This document shows positions 8,985 through 17,379 of a DNA stretch of 60,800 bases, piece by piece (positions within the stretch are counted from its first letter, which is position 1; each line of letters starts with the position of its first letter). The DNA is from Synechococcus sp. (GTDB taxonomy: Bacteria > Cyanobacteriota > Cyanobacteriia > Thermostichales > PCC-7336). A program made the translations under genes and the position numbers. The notes below the pieces were generated by a model, which searched no databases, was not told the origin of the DNA, and was given only the letters and a program-made list of their open reading frames with translations. Location of the stretch: positions 1 to 60,800 of the forward strand of contig JBFRWN010000113.1 in the NCBI GenBank assembly GCA_051439605.1, in the 5' to 3' direction.

Positions 8985-9083
8985 TTACCCTCTGACCCAA
9001 TTCACTTTGAGAGGTGAATCCTGCAAACAGCGATCGACTGCTCGTTCGCGATCGCCCTCCAACTCTCTCAGCAAATCGTCCAT
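8985..9083 (-). CDS. Possible 32-aa small ORF or gene remnant (MDDLLRELEGDRERAVDRCLQDSPLKVNWVRG)
   Basis: AGGAGG SD upstream of the ATG; stop lies 7 nt before the bicupin ATG; below the ORF-track cutoff. Confidence 0.35.
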   Translation of the reverse strand: MDDLLRELEGDRERAVDRCLQDSPLKVNWVRG

Positions 9084-9164
9084 GACTTCCTCCTAAAAAC
9101 ACACGATCTTCACAGTAAATTTCCTATTCCAACCCGCTCAATCCACTCCGATGAAATCTCAAAT

Positions 9165-9195
9165 AAGTCCCCCATGAGTGGGGGATTTAGGGGGC
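9165..9195. repeat. Cyanobacterial short dispersed palindromic repeat (REP/SDR-like)
   Basis: AAGTCCCCCATGAGTGGGGGATTTAGGGGGC: TCCCCCA/TGGGGGA stem plus a G-run tail. Confidence 0.55.
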
Positions 9196-9261
9196 CACAT
9201 CTCAGCACATTTTCCTAAGATGAAAAGGATTGAAACTCACAAGAGCCCATAGGAGCACCCC

Positions 9262-9690
9262 GTGCCAGAAGACGATCGGCAACGAGAACACCAAGCCAAC
9301 GAACGCACATTTCTAGCCTGGGTTCGCACCTCTTTGTCTCTAATCGGCATCGGTCTCGCACTGGCAAGATTTTCATTATTCATCCGCCAGATTAGTGTTC
9401 AAAACGCTAACCAACCCTATTCCACAGACATCACCGCAGTTTTAGGAGCTGGCATGGTTTCGATGGGCATCGCCATCATCGGGTTGGGCCTGTGGGAATA
9501 CAACCGCGCCTACCGCCAAATCGAAGCGGATGTGTATATCCCCAATCGCCTCATGGTGTGGAGCGTCGCGATCGCCGTCGGACTACTTGGACTGCTCAGC
9601 CTGCCACTGGCTATCTGGCGTTCGGCCAACCACCGAAATGTCGAAATACAACCCCAAGCATTACCGACTCCGGAACAAACCAATCAGTAA
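9262..9690 (+). CDS. DUF202 (YidH-like) membrane protein
   Basis: REHQANERTFLAWVRTSLSLIGIG signature and three TM helices. Confidence 0.9.
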   Translation: MPEDDRQREHQANERTFLAWVRTSLSLIGIGLALARFSLFIRQISVQNANQPYSTDITAVLGAGMVSMGIAIIGLGLWEYNRAYRQIEADVYIPNRLMVWSVAIAVGLLGLLSLPLAIWRSANHRNVEIQPQALPTPEQTNQ

Positions 9691-9910
9691 GTTTCTATTT
9701 ATCCAGCCTGGACATCGCATGTGGGGCTACTAGCGCTACTCTTACTGCGTTCTAGCCCATAAACCAACTCATATCCTCTGCCCCCTTTTCATCGGTGAAG
9801 TTCGGTAGAGTGAGATGCGGGAGGGAGCCGTTTTTTCTGCTAGCCCATGGGCTATCTATAACGAGCGCCATTCCTAGAGGTTCAAATTACTGGGGAGTCC
9901 AACTGAATTC

Positions 9911-10399
9911 GTGAGCAGCAGCAGCGATCAGATGCGCAAACGCATGCGCAGGGCAGGAAAAATTAGCTTTTGGGTACAAACCGTTTTAGGTATCCTCTCC
10001 ACGATATTTTGGACGATATCGGTGGTCGGACAACTCAGCTCTATTCGTCAAGGGACGGCTGGAGGAGACATTGCCCGATGGGTGACGCTGGCAACCTTGA
10101 TCAGTCTTGGGTGCAATACCCTGTTTACGTTCAGGTACTGGAAAGGAGGAGAAAGCAGGCGGCTCAGAATTGTGCTGTACGTCAGCTTAATCGGTGCATT
10201 CCTAGCCGTTATTAGTTCGTCGGCCCAAGTTGGTGATTTGCTGGTCCGGGCCTTCTTCTTACGACAAGCAAGTTTCTTTGACGAACAGTGGGATTTTTTG
10301 CTAATTACCGTTAACAATAACGTTACATTGGCCCACCTGATTAGCCTGACCTGCATTCTATGGATTTACGGGCTGTTCGACCGTTTTTCCAACCGTTAA
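9911..10399 (+). CDS. DUF3611 (Tic21/PIC1-like) membrane protein
   Basis: RRAGKISFWVQTVLG start, four hydrophobic helices, late AH motif. Confidence 0.65.
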   Translation: MSSSSDQMRKRMRRAGKISFWVQTVLGILSTIFWTISVVGQLSSIRQGTAGGDIARWVTLATLISLGCNTLFTFRYWKGGESRRLRIVLYVSLIGAFLAVISSSAQVGDLLVRAFFLRQASFFDEQWDFLLITVNNNVTLAHLISLTCILWIYGLFDRFSNR

Positions 10400-10461
10400 A
10401 CCAGCTTCAATCTTCGATGGTTCAGGAGTCTTAGAAGCACAATCGATTGCTTTAATTTTAG

Positions 10462-11652
10462 CTAGGTGGGCATGTCCTCCGCTGGATACAGCGTGCAGCT
10501 TGCCAATGTCATCGGCTGGTTGACAGTTTCTAGCTGAGAGGTCTGCAGTCGTTGCATCCAGCCAGCCAAGTACTCTCGGACTGCTGCTTGTTCTGTAGGG
10601 TCCGTTGTTTGCACCGGGTAAGGAGATAAACCGCGGATGGCTGCCGTAGTCACGCAGAACATTGACTTCTGAAACGTTTGACAGATCTGAATATGGAGGT
10701 CGTCTTCACCCCGGCAACTGGTGCTGTAAAAGTCAGTCAGGTATTTGGGCAAGTGGCGGGCCATATCCTCCATCAACAGAGTGGGCGGAATGCCAGCTCC
10801 ACCAATGGGCAACGGATCGGCATACAGAGCACCGTAGGCAAAGTCGCTGCGCTCAGGGGAGATCTGCCCGGCCTGTGCGTTGTAAGATACGGTCCCGAAA
10901 AATGGCGTTCCCCGGAAGAAAATACTCTCTACATACGGTATGGCAGTATCGGGTAGAAACGTGAGTTCAGCCTCTGCAGGCAAAATATCGTAAGGTTGAC
11001 CGCCAATCTCCACGGTGTAAGTAATGGGTCGGGCCGCCGCTGCAACAATTCCCTCTTGAATGTGGTCGGTTAGTTGCCCCACAGTGGTAATGTCGCCGCG
11101 ATCGTAGAGGTCGGACAGGGAGGTAAAAATATCGCTCATTACCCGCCAAAATTGCCCCAAACCGCTGTAGTAGCAATGCATCCTTACTTGCTCTAAAAAC
11201 AATTTGGGGAACAGCTTGTTCAGTCCCCAAAGAACTGGATTCGCGGCCACCCTAGCGGCAATGGCGTTGCGGGCAAGTTGTTCGAACTCTGCTGAATCAA
11301 GGTAAGCATCTAACCCCCCTCCGCCATGCCACATCATCGTACGGCCGCAGTATTCGGCGTACTCGTAATTGATGCGATCGTGACCCCAGTGTTTGAGCAG
11401 CTTTTCTGCCGAAATCTCTCCGTTGAAATATTTAAAGAAGGGGAACAGTCTGAGGAACTGGTGGTCGGCAGCGTAAATCAGATTAATGGAATAGGCGTCC
11501 AGTACGATGCCGTAGCTTGCTAAAATCCCCACCACCTCTAAGACGTTGGTTGTGGACTCAGGTAACAGAACCCCACCTGACATCAACCGTTCAATGTACT
11601 CATTCAGCGGGGAGGAGTTCGGTTCGATCGAGGATGGTGCAGTCACGGTCAT
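10462..11652 (-). CDS. cupB: CO2 hydration protein CupB (ChpX)
   Basis: FPFFKYFNGE, HDRINYEYAEYC, MWHGGGGLD and LYADPLPIGGAGIPPTL; no cupS nearby; in operon with ndhF4/ndhD4. Confidence 0.9.
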   Translation of the reverse strand: MTVTAPSSIEPNSSPLNEYIERLMSGGVLLPESTTNVLEVVGILASYGIVLDAYSINLIYAADHQFLRLFPFFKYFNGEISAEKLLKHWGHDRINYEYAEYCGRTMMWHGGGGLDAYLDSAEFEQLARNAIAARVAANPVLWGLNKLFPKLFLEQVRMHCYYSGLGQFWRVMSDIFTSLSDLYDRGDITTVGQLTDHIQEGIVAAAARPITYTVEIGGQPYDILPAEAELTFLPDTAIPYVESIFFRGTPFFGTVSYNAQAGQISPERSDFAYGALYADPLPIGGAGIPPTLLMEDMARHLPKYLTDFYSTSCRGEDDLHIQICQTFQKSMFCVTTAAIRGLSPYPVQTTDPTEQAAVREYLAGWMQRLQTSQLETVNQPMTLASCTLYPAEDMPT

Positions 11653-11654
11653 TG

Positions 11655-13211
11655 CTAACTAAAAGTGGAAAGGTTGTGGGGAAAGGCTTGGCTAGAGGGG
11701 ACATCTGTGCGGGAGGTCAATACAGCGATAGATGGGTTTTCTACCGTTGCAACTGCTCGCGGCGGGGTTATAGCAGTGGTGGTGGTCTCAATACAACGGG
11801 CTATCCAACCGGGCTGAACCCCTAAAATCACAATCAGAACGGCCAATATTAGCGCTGGGATGCGATCTCTCCACAGCACCCGTGGAATCCGAATGACCTC
11901 AGGGGATAACCGTCCAAAAAATGCTTGGTTGAGCAGAATCAGGAAGTAGACAGCGGTCAGACCCGTGCCCAACATGGCCAACAGCGTTTGTACCGGAAAA
12001 GCCGGTAGGCTGCCCCGAAACACCACAAATTCCGCGATAAATCCTGACATACCTGGAATACCGCAGCTGGCCATTGCTGCCAGAATCATCAGACTCCCGA
12101 TCACGGGTAGTCCTCGTTCGCGGTTCAATAGCCCTTCTAGGACTTGTATGCTCCTGGTCCCCGTTTTGGTGTAAACCACCCCAACCAGCAAAAACAGCAA
12201 CGCAGAAATCAGACCGTGGCTGACCATCTGGAAGGTGGCCCCCAGCAGGCTGAGCGGATTGGCCGCAGCGGCTGCGAGGGTGATATAGCCCATATGCGCC
12301 ACCGAGCTATAGGCCACTATTTTTTTCATATCTGTTTGAGTGACAGCAATCAGGGCTCCATACAGGATGCTAAAGACCGCCACCCAAGCCAGCCATGGAG
12401 CTGCTATCCTCCAGACGTCTGGAAAGAGCTGTACCCCAAATCTCAAGATGCCGTAAGTGCCCAGCTTCAGCAGTACCCCTGCCAACAGTACGGAGACTGG
12501 CGTGGATGCCTCCACGTGTGCATCCGGCAGCCAAGTATGCAAGGGCACAATCGGAGTTTTGATTCCCAGCCCTACCAAAATAACGATCAGCAATACAAGC
12601 TGGGTTGCCACCGGTAATATAGCGTTCTGGGCATCGACAAAGTCGAAACTGGCGGCATGCCCCAGCCAAACCACTCCCAAAAATCCAGCCAAAATCAGGA
12701 TGCCGGAAAGGGCAGTATAAATCAGAAACTTGGTAGCCGCGTAAGCACGCCGCTTGCCGCCCCAGATAGCAATCAACAGGTAGAGTGGAAGCAGCTCAAT
12801 TTCGTAAAACAAGAAGAACAACAGTAGGTTCTGAGCCGTAAATGCCCCTGCCACCGCAGCGCTCAATAACAGAATCAGCGAGTAGTACAAGCGGTACCGA
12901 GAAATAGAGGGCTTGCTGATGTAGATGGCAACACCGGTTAAAAAACTATTCAGAACGAGCAGCGGTAGCGACAAACCATCCGTTCCCAAGCGATAGTGCA
13001 GACCTAACTGAGGTAACCAGCTCAGCTGCTCTTCAAACTGAATCGATGACAATGACAGGTCGAGTTGAGTGGCGATCGCCAAAGACACCGCGAATCCAAT
13101 GGCGGTAAATATCAACGCGAGCTGTCGAGCGGCTTTGGAAGAGATGGCTCCCGGCCACAACCCGATGGCCACTGCCCCAACCACCGGTATCCAAATTAGG
13201 CTACTGAGCAT
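11655..13211 (-). CDS. ndhD4: NDH-1 subunit NdhD4
   Basis: PLHTWLPDAHVEASTP, LLKLGTYG and AYSSVAHMG; paralog assigned by context with cupB. Confidence 0.88.
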   Translation of the reverse strand: MLSSLIWIPVVGAVAIGLWPGAISSKAARQLALIFTAIGFAVSLAIATQLDLSLSSIQFEEQLSWLPQLGLHYRLGTDGLSLPLLVLNSFLTGVAIYISKPSISRYRLYYSLILLLSAAVAGAFTAQNLLLFFLFYEIELLPLYLLIAIWGGKRRAYAATKFLIYTALSGILILAGFLGVVWLGHAASFDFVDAQNAILPVATQLVLLIVILVGLGIKTPIVPLHTWLPDAHVEASTPVSVLLAGVLLKLGTYGILRFGVQLFPDVWRIAAPWLAWVAVFSILYGALIAVTQTDMKKIVAYSSVAHMGYITLAAAAANPLSLLGATFQMVSHGLISALLFLLVGVVYTKTGTRSIQVLEGLLNRERGLPVIGSLMILAAMASCGIPGMSGFIAEFVVFRGSLPAFPVQTLLAMLGTGLTAVYFLILLNQAFFGRLSPEVIRIPRVLWRDRIPALILAVLIVILGVQPGWIARCIETTTTAITPPRAVATVENPSIAVLTSRTDVPSSQAFPHNLSTFS

Positions 13212-13232
13212 ATTTTCCCTTCACATCCAACG

Positions 13233-15080
13233 TTAAAGACTACCGGTGACCATCGACCAGCTCATCATAATGCCCAGCAATCCCAGCGCAATCAAAATAG
13301 TGAGTAGATAAAATTGAGAGCGGCCAGACGTGCTGTACTTCATGCTCTCTCCACCAAACAGCGTGGCCATACCCACCAAATTGACCGCACCATCGATCGC
13401 GTAGCGGTCGATCCAGATACCAACTTCAGAGAGCCCTCTGACTAAAGGAACGACTGTCATTCGGTACAGGCGATCGATATAAAAATCGAATGCCAATAAA
13501 TTCTGTATCGCTGGAACTGGGAAGACGATGGGTTGTGCCACCCAGCCCCACATGTAGAAGCCCAAAGCCAGGAAGGCCCCCGAGAAGCTTGCGACGACGA
13601 TGCCTGCAATCCAAAACACCGGCAAATACTGCAAATCTGAAGCCATGGCTGTTTCCAATAACAACACTGGAGTCGTTATCACGAAAAGGCCCAAGGCAAC
13701 CTGAGGAAATGCCATCGGCCAAATGACTTCTGGAGCGCGACGAGTCTTCTGCTTGGCGGGACCAGAAAACGCGAGGCTGTAGGCCCGCATTAGGCTAAAG
13801 GCGGTCAGGCCGTTGACTGCCACAACAACGACAGGCATGACTGGCTGTAACAGCCCAACCACTTCGATCCAGTGAACCATGCCCCAAAAGCAACCCAGGG
13901 GGAGCAGGCCAACCATTCCGGCCATACCCAACAGAAATGCCGTTGAGGTGACGGGCATGCGCTCCCCCAAACCACCCAGCTCCCGTAAATCTTGGGTATG
14001 AGTGGTGTAGATGATGGATCCACAACTCATAAACAGCAATGCCTTCGCCACCGCATGGGTAAACAGCAGCACTAAGGCAGCATCGGTGCTATTGAGACCA
14101 ACAGCAATAAAGACCAGCCCCAAATAGGCGCTAGTGGAATGGGATAGTACGCGTTTGATATCGACCTGAGCAATCGATACTAGCGATGCGCCGATCGCCG
14201 TGGCAGTTCCTAAAGCAATCAGGACATCGGCGGCGATCGGGGAGAGTGTCAGTACCGGCTGCAGTTGGATCAGGATATAAGCTCCAGTGGTAACAACCAC
14301 TGAGTTACGCAAGATAGAAGCTGGGTTAGGCCCCTCCATTGCCTCGTCCAACCACTGGTGCAAGGGAAACTGAGCGCACTTACCGATAGGACCGGAAATC
14401 AGTGCCAAGCCCAGCAACGTACTGACCGTTGGTGACAGCTCGGCAGAGTTCGCCCATGCGGATAAGTCTGTATAGTTGAGACTGCCCGCCAGGGTAGAGA
14501 GGGTAACTACCCCCATTAACAACAACAGATCTCCGACTCTTTTCGTCCAAAATGCATCTCTTGCAGCGGTTCTAGCGAGGGGCTGAGCATACCAAAAGCC
14601 AACAAGTAAATAGGTTGAAAGCGTGAGTAATTCCAACAAGCAGTAACTCAGCAATAGTGAATTACTCAGGGCTACACCAATCATTGCTGCTTCAAAGAAA
14701 CCCAGCATGCAGAAAAAACGGGCCATCCCCCAGTCTTTCTCCAGGTATCCCAGAGCATAAAGCTGCGCAAATAGGCTGAGCCAAGCGACTAACTCGGTTG
14801 CTGCAACCGAAACAGGTGATATTCGCAAACTGAACGACAAGTCGAGATTAACCACCTGCAGCCAAGGCACAATCATCTCCAGCCCAGCTGTGCCCCAAAT
14901 TGCTTGGAGGACGATGGCACCATGTACGCAAGCTAACAGACTCAACACAAGGTTGATGTAAGCCCCTAATCGCGGCCCTGTTCCGCGAACCATGCCAGCT
15001 GCCCAAGGTACAGTAGCGACTGCCCCCAGCAGTCCGTAGAGGGGTAGCAACCAGCTTGTCTGAACCCAAAATTGCTCCAT
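13233..15080 (-). CDS. ndhF4: NDH-1 subunit NdhF4
   Basis: AARDAFWTKRVGD and GKCAQFPLHQWLDEAMEGPNPAS; paralog assigned by context with cupB. Confidence 0.88.
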   Translation of the reverse strand: MEQFWVQTSWLLPLYGLLGAVATVPWAAGMVRGTGPRLGAYINLVLSLLACVHGAIVLQAIWGTAGLEMIVPWLQVVNLDLSFSLRISPVSVAATELVAWLSLFAQLYALGYLEKDWGMARFFCMLGFFEAAMIGVALSNSLLLSYCLLELLTLSTYLLVGFWYAQPLARTAARDAFWTKRVGDLLLLMGVVTLSTLAGSLNYTDLSAWANSAELSPTVSTLLGLALISGPIGKCAQFPLHQWLDEAMEGPNPASILRNSVVVTTGAYILIQLQPVLTLSPIAADVLIALGTATAIGASLVSIAQVDIKRVLSHSTSAYLGLVFIAVGLNSTDAALVLLFTHAVAKALLFMSCGSIIYTTHTQDLRELGGLGERMPVTSTAFLLGMAGMVGLLPLGCFWGMVHWIEVVGLLQPVMPVVVVAVNGLTAFSLMRAYSLAFSGPAKQKTRRAPEVIWPMAFPQVALGLFVITTPVLLLETAMASDLQYLPVFWIAGIVVASFSGAFLALGFYMWGWVAQPIVFPVPAIQNLLAFDFYIDRLYRMTVVPLVRGLSEVGIWIDRYAIDGAVNLVGMATLFGGESMKYSTSGRSQFYLLTILIALGLLGIMMSWSMVTGSL

Positions 15081-15389
15081 CAATGACGTCCTGAATTACC
15101 TTTTGCCTAAATATCACCCAGCCTTTCACACGCTATCGATAGCCCTACTGGACGGCCGATCCCAAATCTAAGAGGTTTGTAGCAGTATGCCTTTACTTTA
15201 CTAGGAGCCATGCCCATTCATCATCATCTATTGAGGTGGCTTCGCTGCTGGTGTGGCCCAAAATAGACAGTTCGTCTGGAGCAACACCATCCAATCGCTA
15301 GCTAGCCGCACTCGCAGCCACAACAGTTAAGCGCATCTACTCTGTGCGGTCCCTTCTAGCCTTGACGAACAAGGATTTAATTTTCTACA

Positions 15390-15700
15390 TCATAAGTAAT
15401 CACTTAATTTCATATACAAATAAATGAATTTATGTAGATATAAGCTCAGCTTATGAACCAATAAATTATCTGAAAATAGCGATCCCTCTCAAATGTCCTT
15501 AGTTAGAACAGATATCTTTGAGCGACTCTATTGTCTTCCCTCTCAGCCCCCCTTTGAGCCTGCTCCCTTAGCGGGCATGAATCTAATGGGGATCGGAGCC
15601 CTGAATGCAAGAGTTCTTTACCTTGGTTGACCTGCCCACAAGAAATGCATCATTAGTTTATGCAATGACTTAAATTTAAAATAATAATTGCAGCTTATGT
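15390..15700. promoter_or_regulatory. Divergent ndhF4/ccmK promoter region with LysR-type palindromes
   Basis: AT-rich; ATAAG-N5-CTTAT at 15440-15454, ATAA-N7-TTAT at 15684-15698 and TAAGT-N4-ACTTA at 15393-15406. Confidence 0.55.
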
Positions 15701-15855
15701 TGTCAGGCATAGATGTTCAGTCCTATGCTTTATATTGTTTTCAGAAAATATTCATTCTCATTGAGCAAACTCTTTTCTGCGGCAGATATTCGCAGATGGA
15801 ACTCGATTATGAAATGGGTATTTAAGCTACGCAGGACTGTTCAGGAGAGGAACTA

Positions 15856-16164
15856 ATGCCGATTGCTGTAGGAATGATTGAGACCAAGGGGTTCCCCGCA
15901 GTTGTGGAAGCTGCTGACGCCATGGTGAAAGCCGCTCGCGTGACATTGGTTGGCTACGAAAAGATTGGTAGTGGTCGTACCACCGTGATTGTCCGGGGTG
16001 ACGTTTCTGAGGTTCAAGCGTCTGTGTCTGCTGGGATCGAGTCAGTACGACGGGTTAGTGGAGGGGAACTGCTTTCTCACCACATCATTGCTCGTCCTCA
16101 CGAGAACTTGGAGTATGTGTTGCCCATCCGCTACACCGAAGAAGTCCGCCAATTCTCTTATTAA
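15856..16164 (+). CDS. ccmK2: Carboxysome shell hexamer CcmK2
   Basis: IAVGMIET...KIGSG...[21 protein letters not shown]; 102 aa with a short C-terminus. Confidence 0.93.
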   Translation: MPIAVGMIETKGFPAVVEAADAMVKAARVTLVGYEKIGSGRTTVIVRGDVSEVQASVSAGIESVRRVSGGELLSHHIIARPHENLEYVLPIRYTEEVRQFSY

Positions 16165-16177
16165 CCCTTGGGCCCAG

Positions 16178-16210
16178 CAGGGTGCCAAGTCAGTTGTTCT
16201 TGGTATCCTG
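16178..16210 (+). other. Intercistronic stem-loop after ccmK2
   Basis: CAGGGTGCCAAG / CTTGGTATCCTG 12-bp stem with two G-U pairs and no U-tract. Confidence 0.5.
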
Positions 16211-16545
16211 ACTTTGCCAGGGAATGACGAGACATTTGCGTCTCTAACAGGCTGAGGTTCTAGGTCATTGTTGGCTAGCAAACGCAGGCTGCAAAGTACG
16301 TCTAAAGAGATCAACGTTCTTCGCCTTCATCTAAGCAAGTTGTTAGCGAATTGCTTGAAAGGTGGATTCCTGTTTTGGGAGTGGTGAACTGCTTCAGGAG
16401 TGAAAGGACTTTGGGTGTTGGTGTTGGTCTTGGTGGACGCTGGCGTTGAGCCTGACGAGTGCCCGAACGACCCACCGACATTAGTTCTTAGAAGGGCAGA
16501 GCAAAATTTATTGGCAGGGTAACCCTGTTGCGAAGGAGCAAAAAA

Positions 16546-16884
16546 ATGGCGATCGCAGTTGGAATGATAGAGACGCTGGGTTTCCCAGCTGTAGTTGAAG
16601 CCGCCGATGCAATGGTGAAAGCTGCTCGCGTCACCCTTACCGGTTACGAGAAGATAGGCAGTGGTCGCACTACTGTCATCGTCCGCGGTGATGTCTCTGA
16701 GGTACAGGCTTCAGTAGCTGCGGGGATTGAGTCAGTTAAACGAGTGAGTGGTGGCCAGGTGCTTTCTCACCACATCATTGCGCGTCCCCACGAGAATCTG
16801 GAATACGTCCTTCCGATCCGCTATACCGAAGAGGTCGAGCAGTTCCGGGAGAGCGTCAGCGGTATTCGCTCCCTCCGACCTTAA
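16546..16884 (+). CDS. ccmK1: Carboxysome shell hexamer CcmK1
   Basis: Nearly identical to CcmK2 with a ~10-aa C-terminal extension; AAGGAG SD before ATG 16546. Confidence 0.92.
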   Translation: MAIAVGMIETLGFPAVVEAADAMVKAARVTLTGYEKIGSGRTTVIVRGDVSEVQASVAAGIESVKRVSGGQVLSHHIIARPHENLEYVLPIRYTEEVEQFRESVSGIRSLRP

Positions 16885-16900
16885 TTGGGTTGCGTAGCGA

Positions 16901-17203
16901 ATGAAAGTTGCTGTTGTTCGTGGAACTGTTGTCAGCACGCAAAAGGAGCCATCGCTGGGGGGATCGCGTCTGTTACTCCTGCAATTTGTGGGAGCAGGTG
17001 GAGAACCTCTTCCTGACTATGAGGTTGCGACAGACAGCGTAGGTGCCGGAGAGGGAGAGTGGGTTCTGGTGACCCTGGGTAGCGCCGCCAGACAGATTCG
17101 TCCGGATCGCCCTCATCCTGTGGACGCCTTGGTTGTTGGCATCATCGATACGATCTCAATTGATAAGCAGTTGCTGTATAGCAAGCGCGACCGCGACCGC
17201 TAG
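16901..17203 (+). CDS. ccmL: Carboxysome vertex pentamer CcmL
   Basis: GTVVSTQK, YEVATDSVGAG, GSAAR and DALVVGIIDT. Confidence 0.95.
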   Translation: MKVAVVRGTVVSTQKEPSLGGSRLLLLQFVGAGGEPLPDYEVATDSVGAGEGEWVLVTLGSAARQIRPDRPHPVDALVVGIIDTISIDKQLLYSKRDRDR

Positions 17204-17379
17204 TAGAACTCTTCAGGCAGCTGTGTCCCATCAGTCAGAGCTGTATTGAGACAGATTACTATGTATGACTTTTAAGTAGTCTTCCTCAGCTACGCCTGTC
17301 TCCTAGAGTTGCTTTCTAAACTTCCGACTCGTGCTTGGCGGGTGCCTGGCATCGTAATCACAAAACGCAGGGTTTAAAG

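Noticed and set aside
15856..16884. Near-duplicate ~300-nt sequence
   Set aside because: Ordinary ccmK2/ccmK1 paralogy, not a mobile or repeat element.
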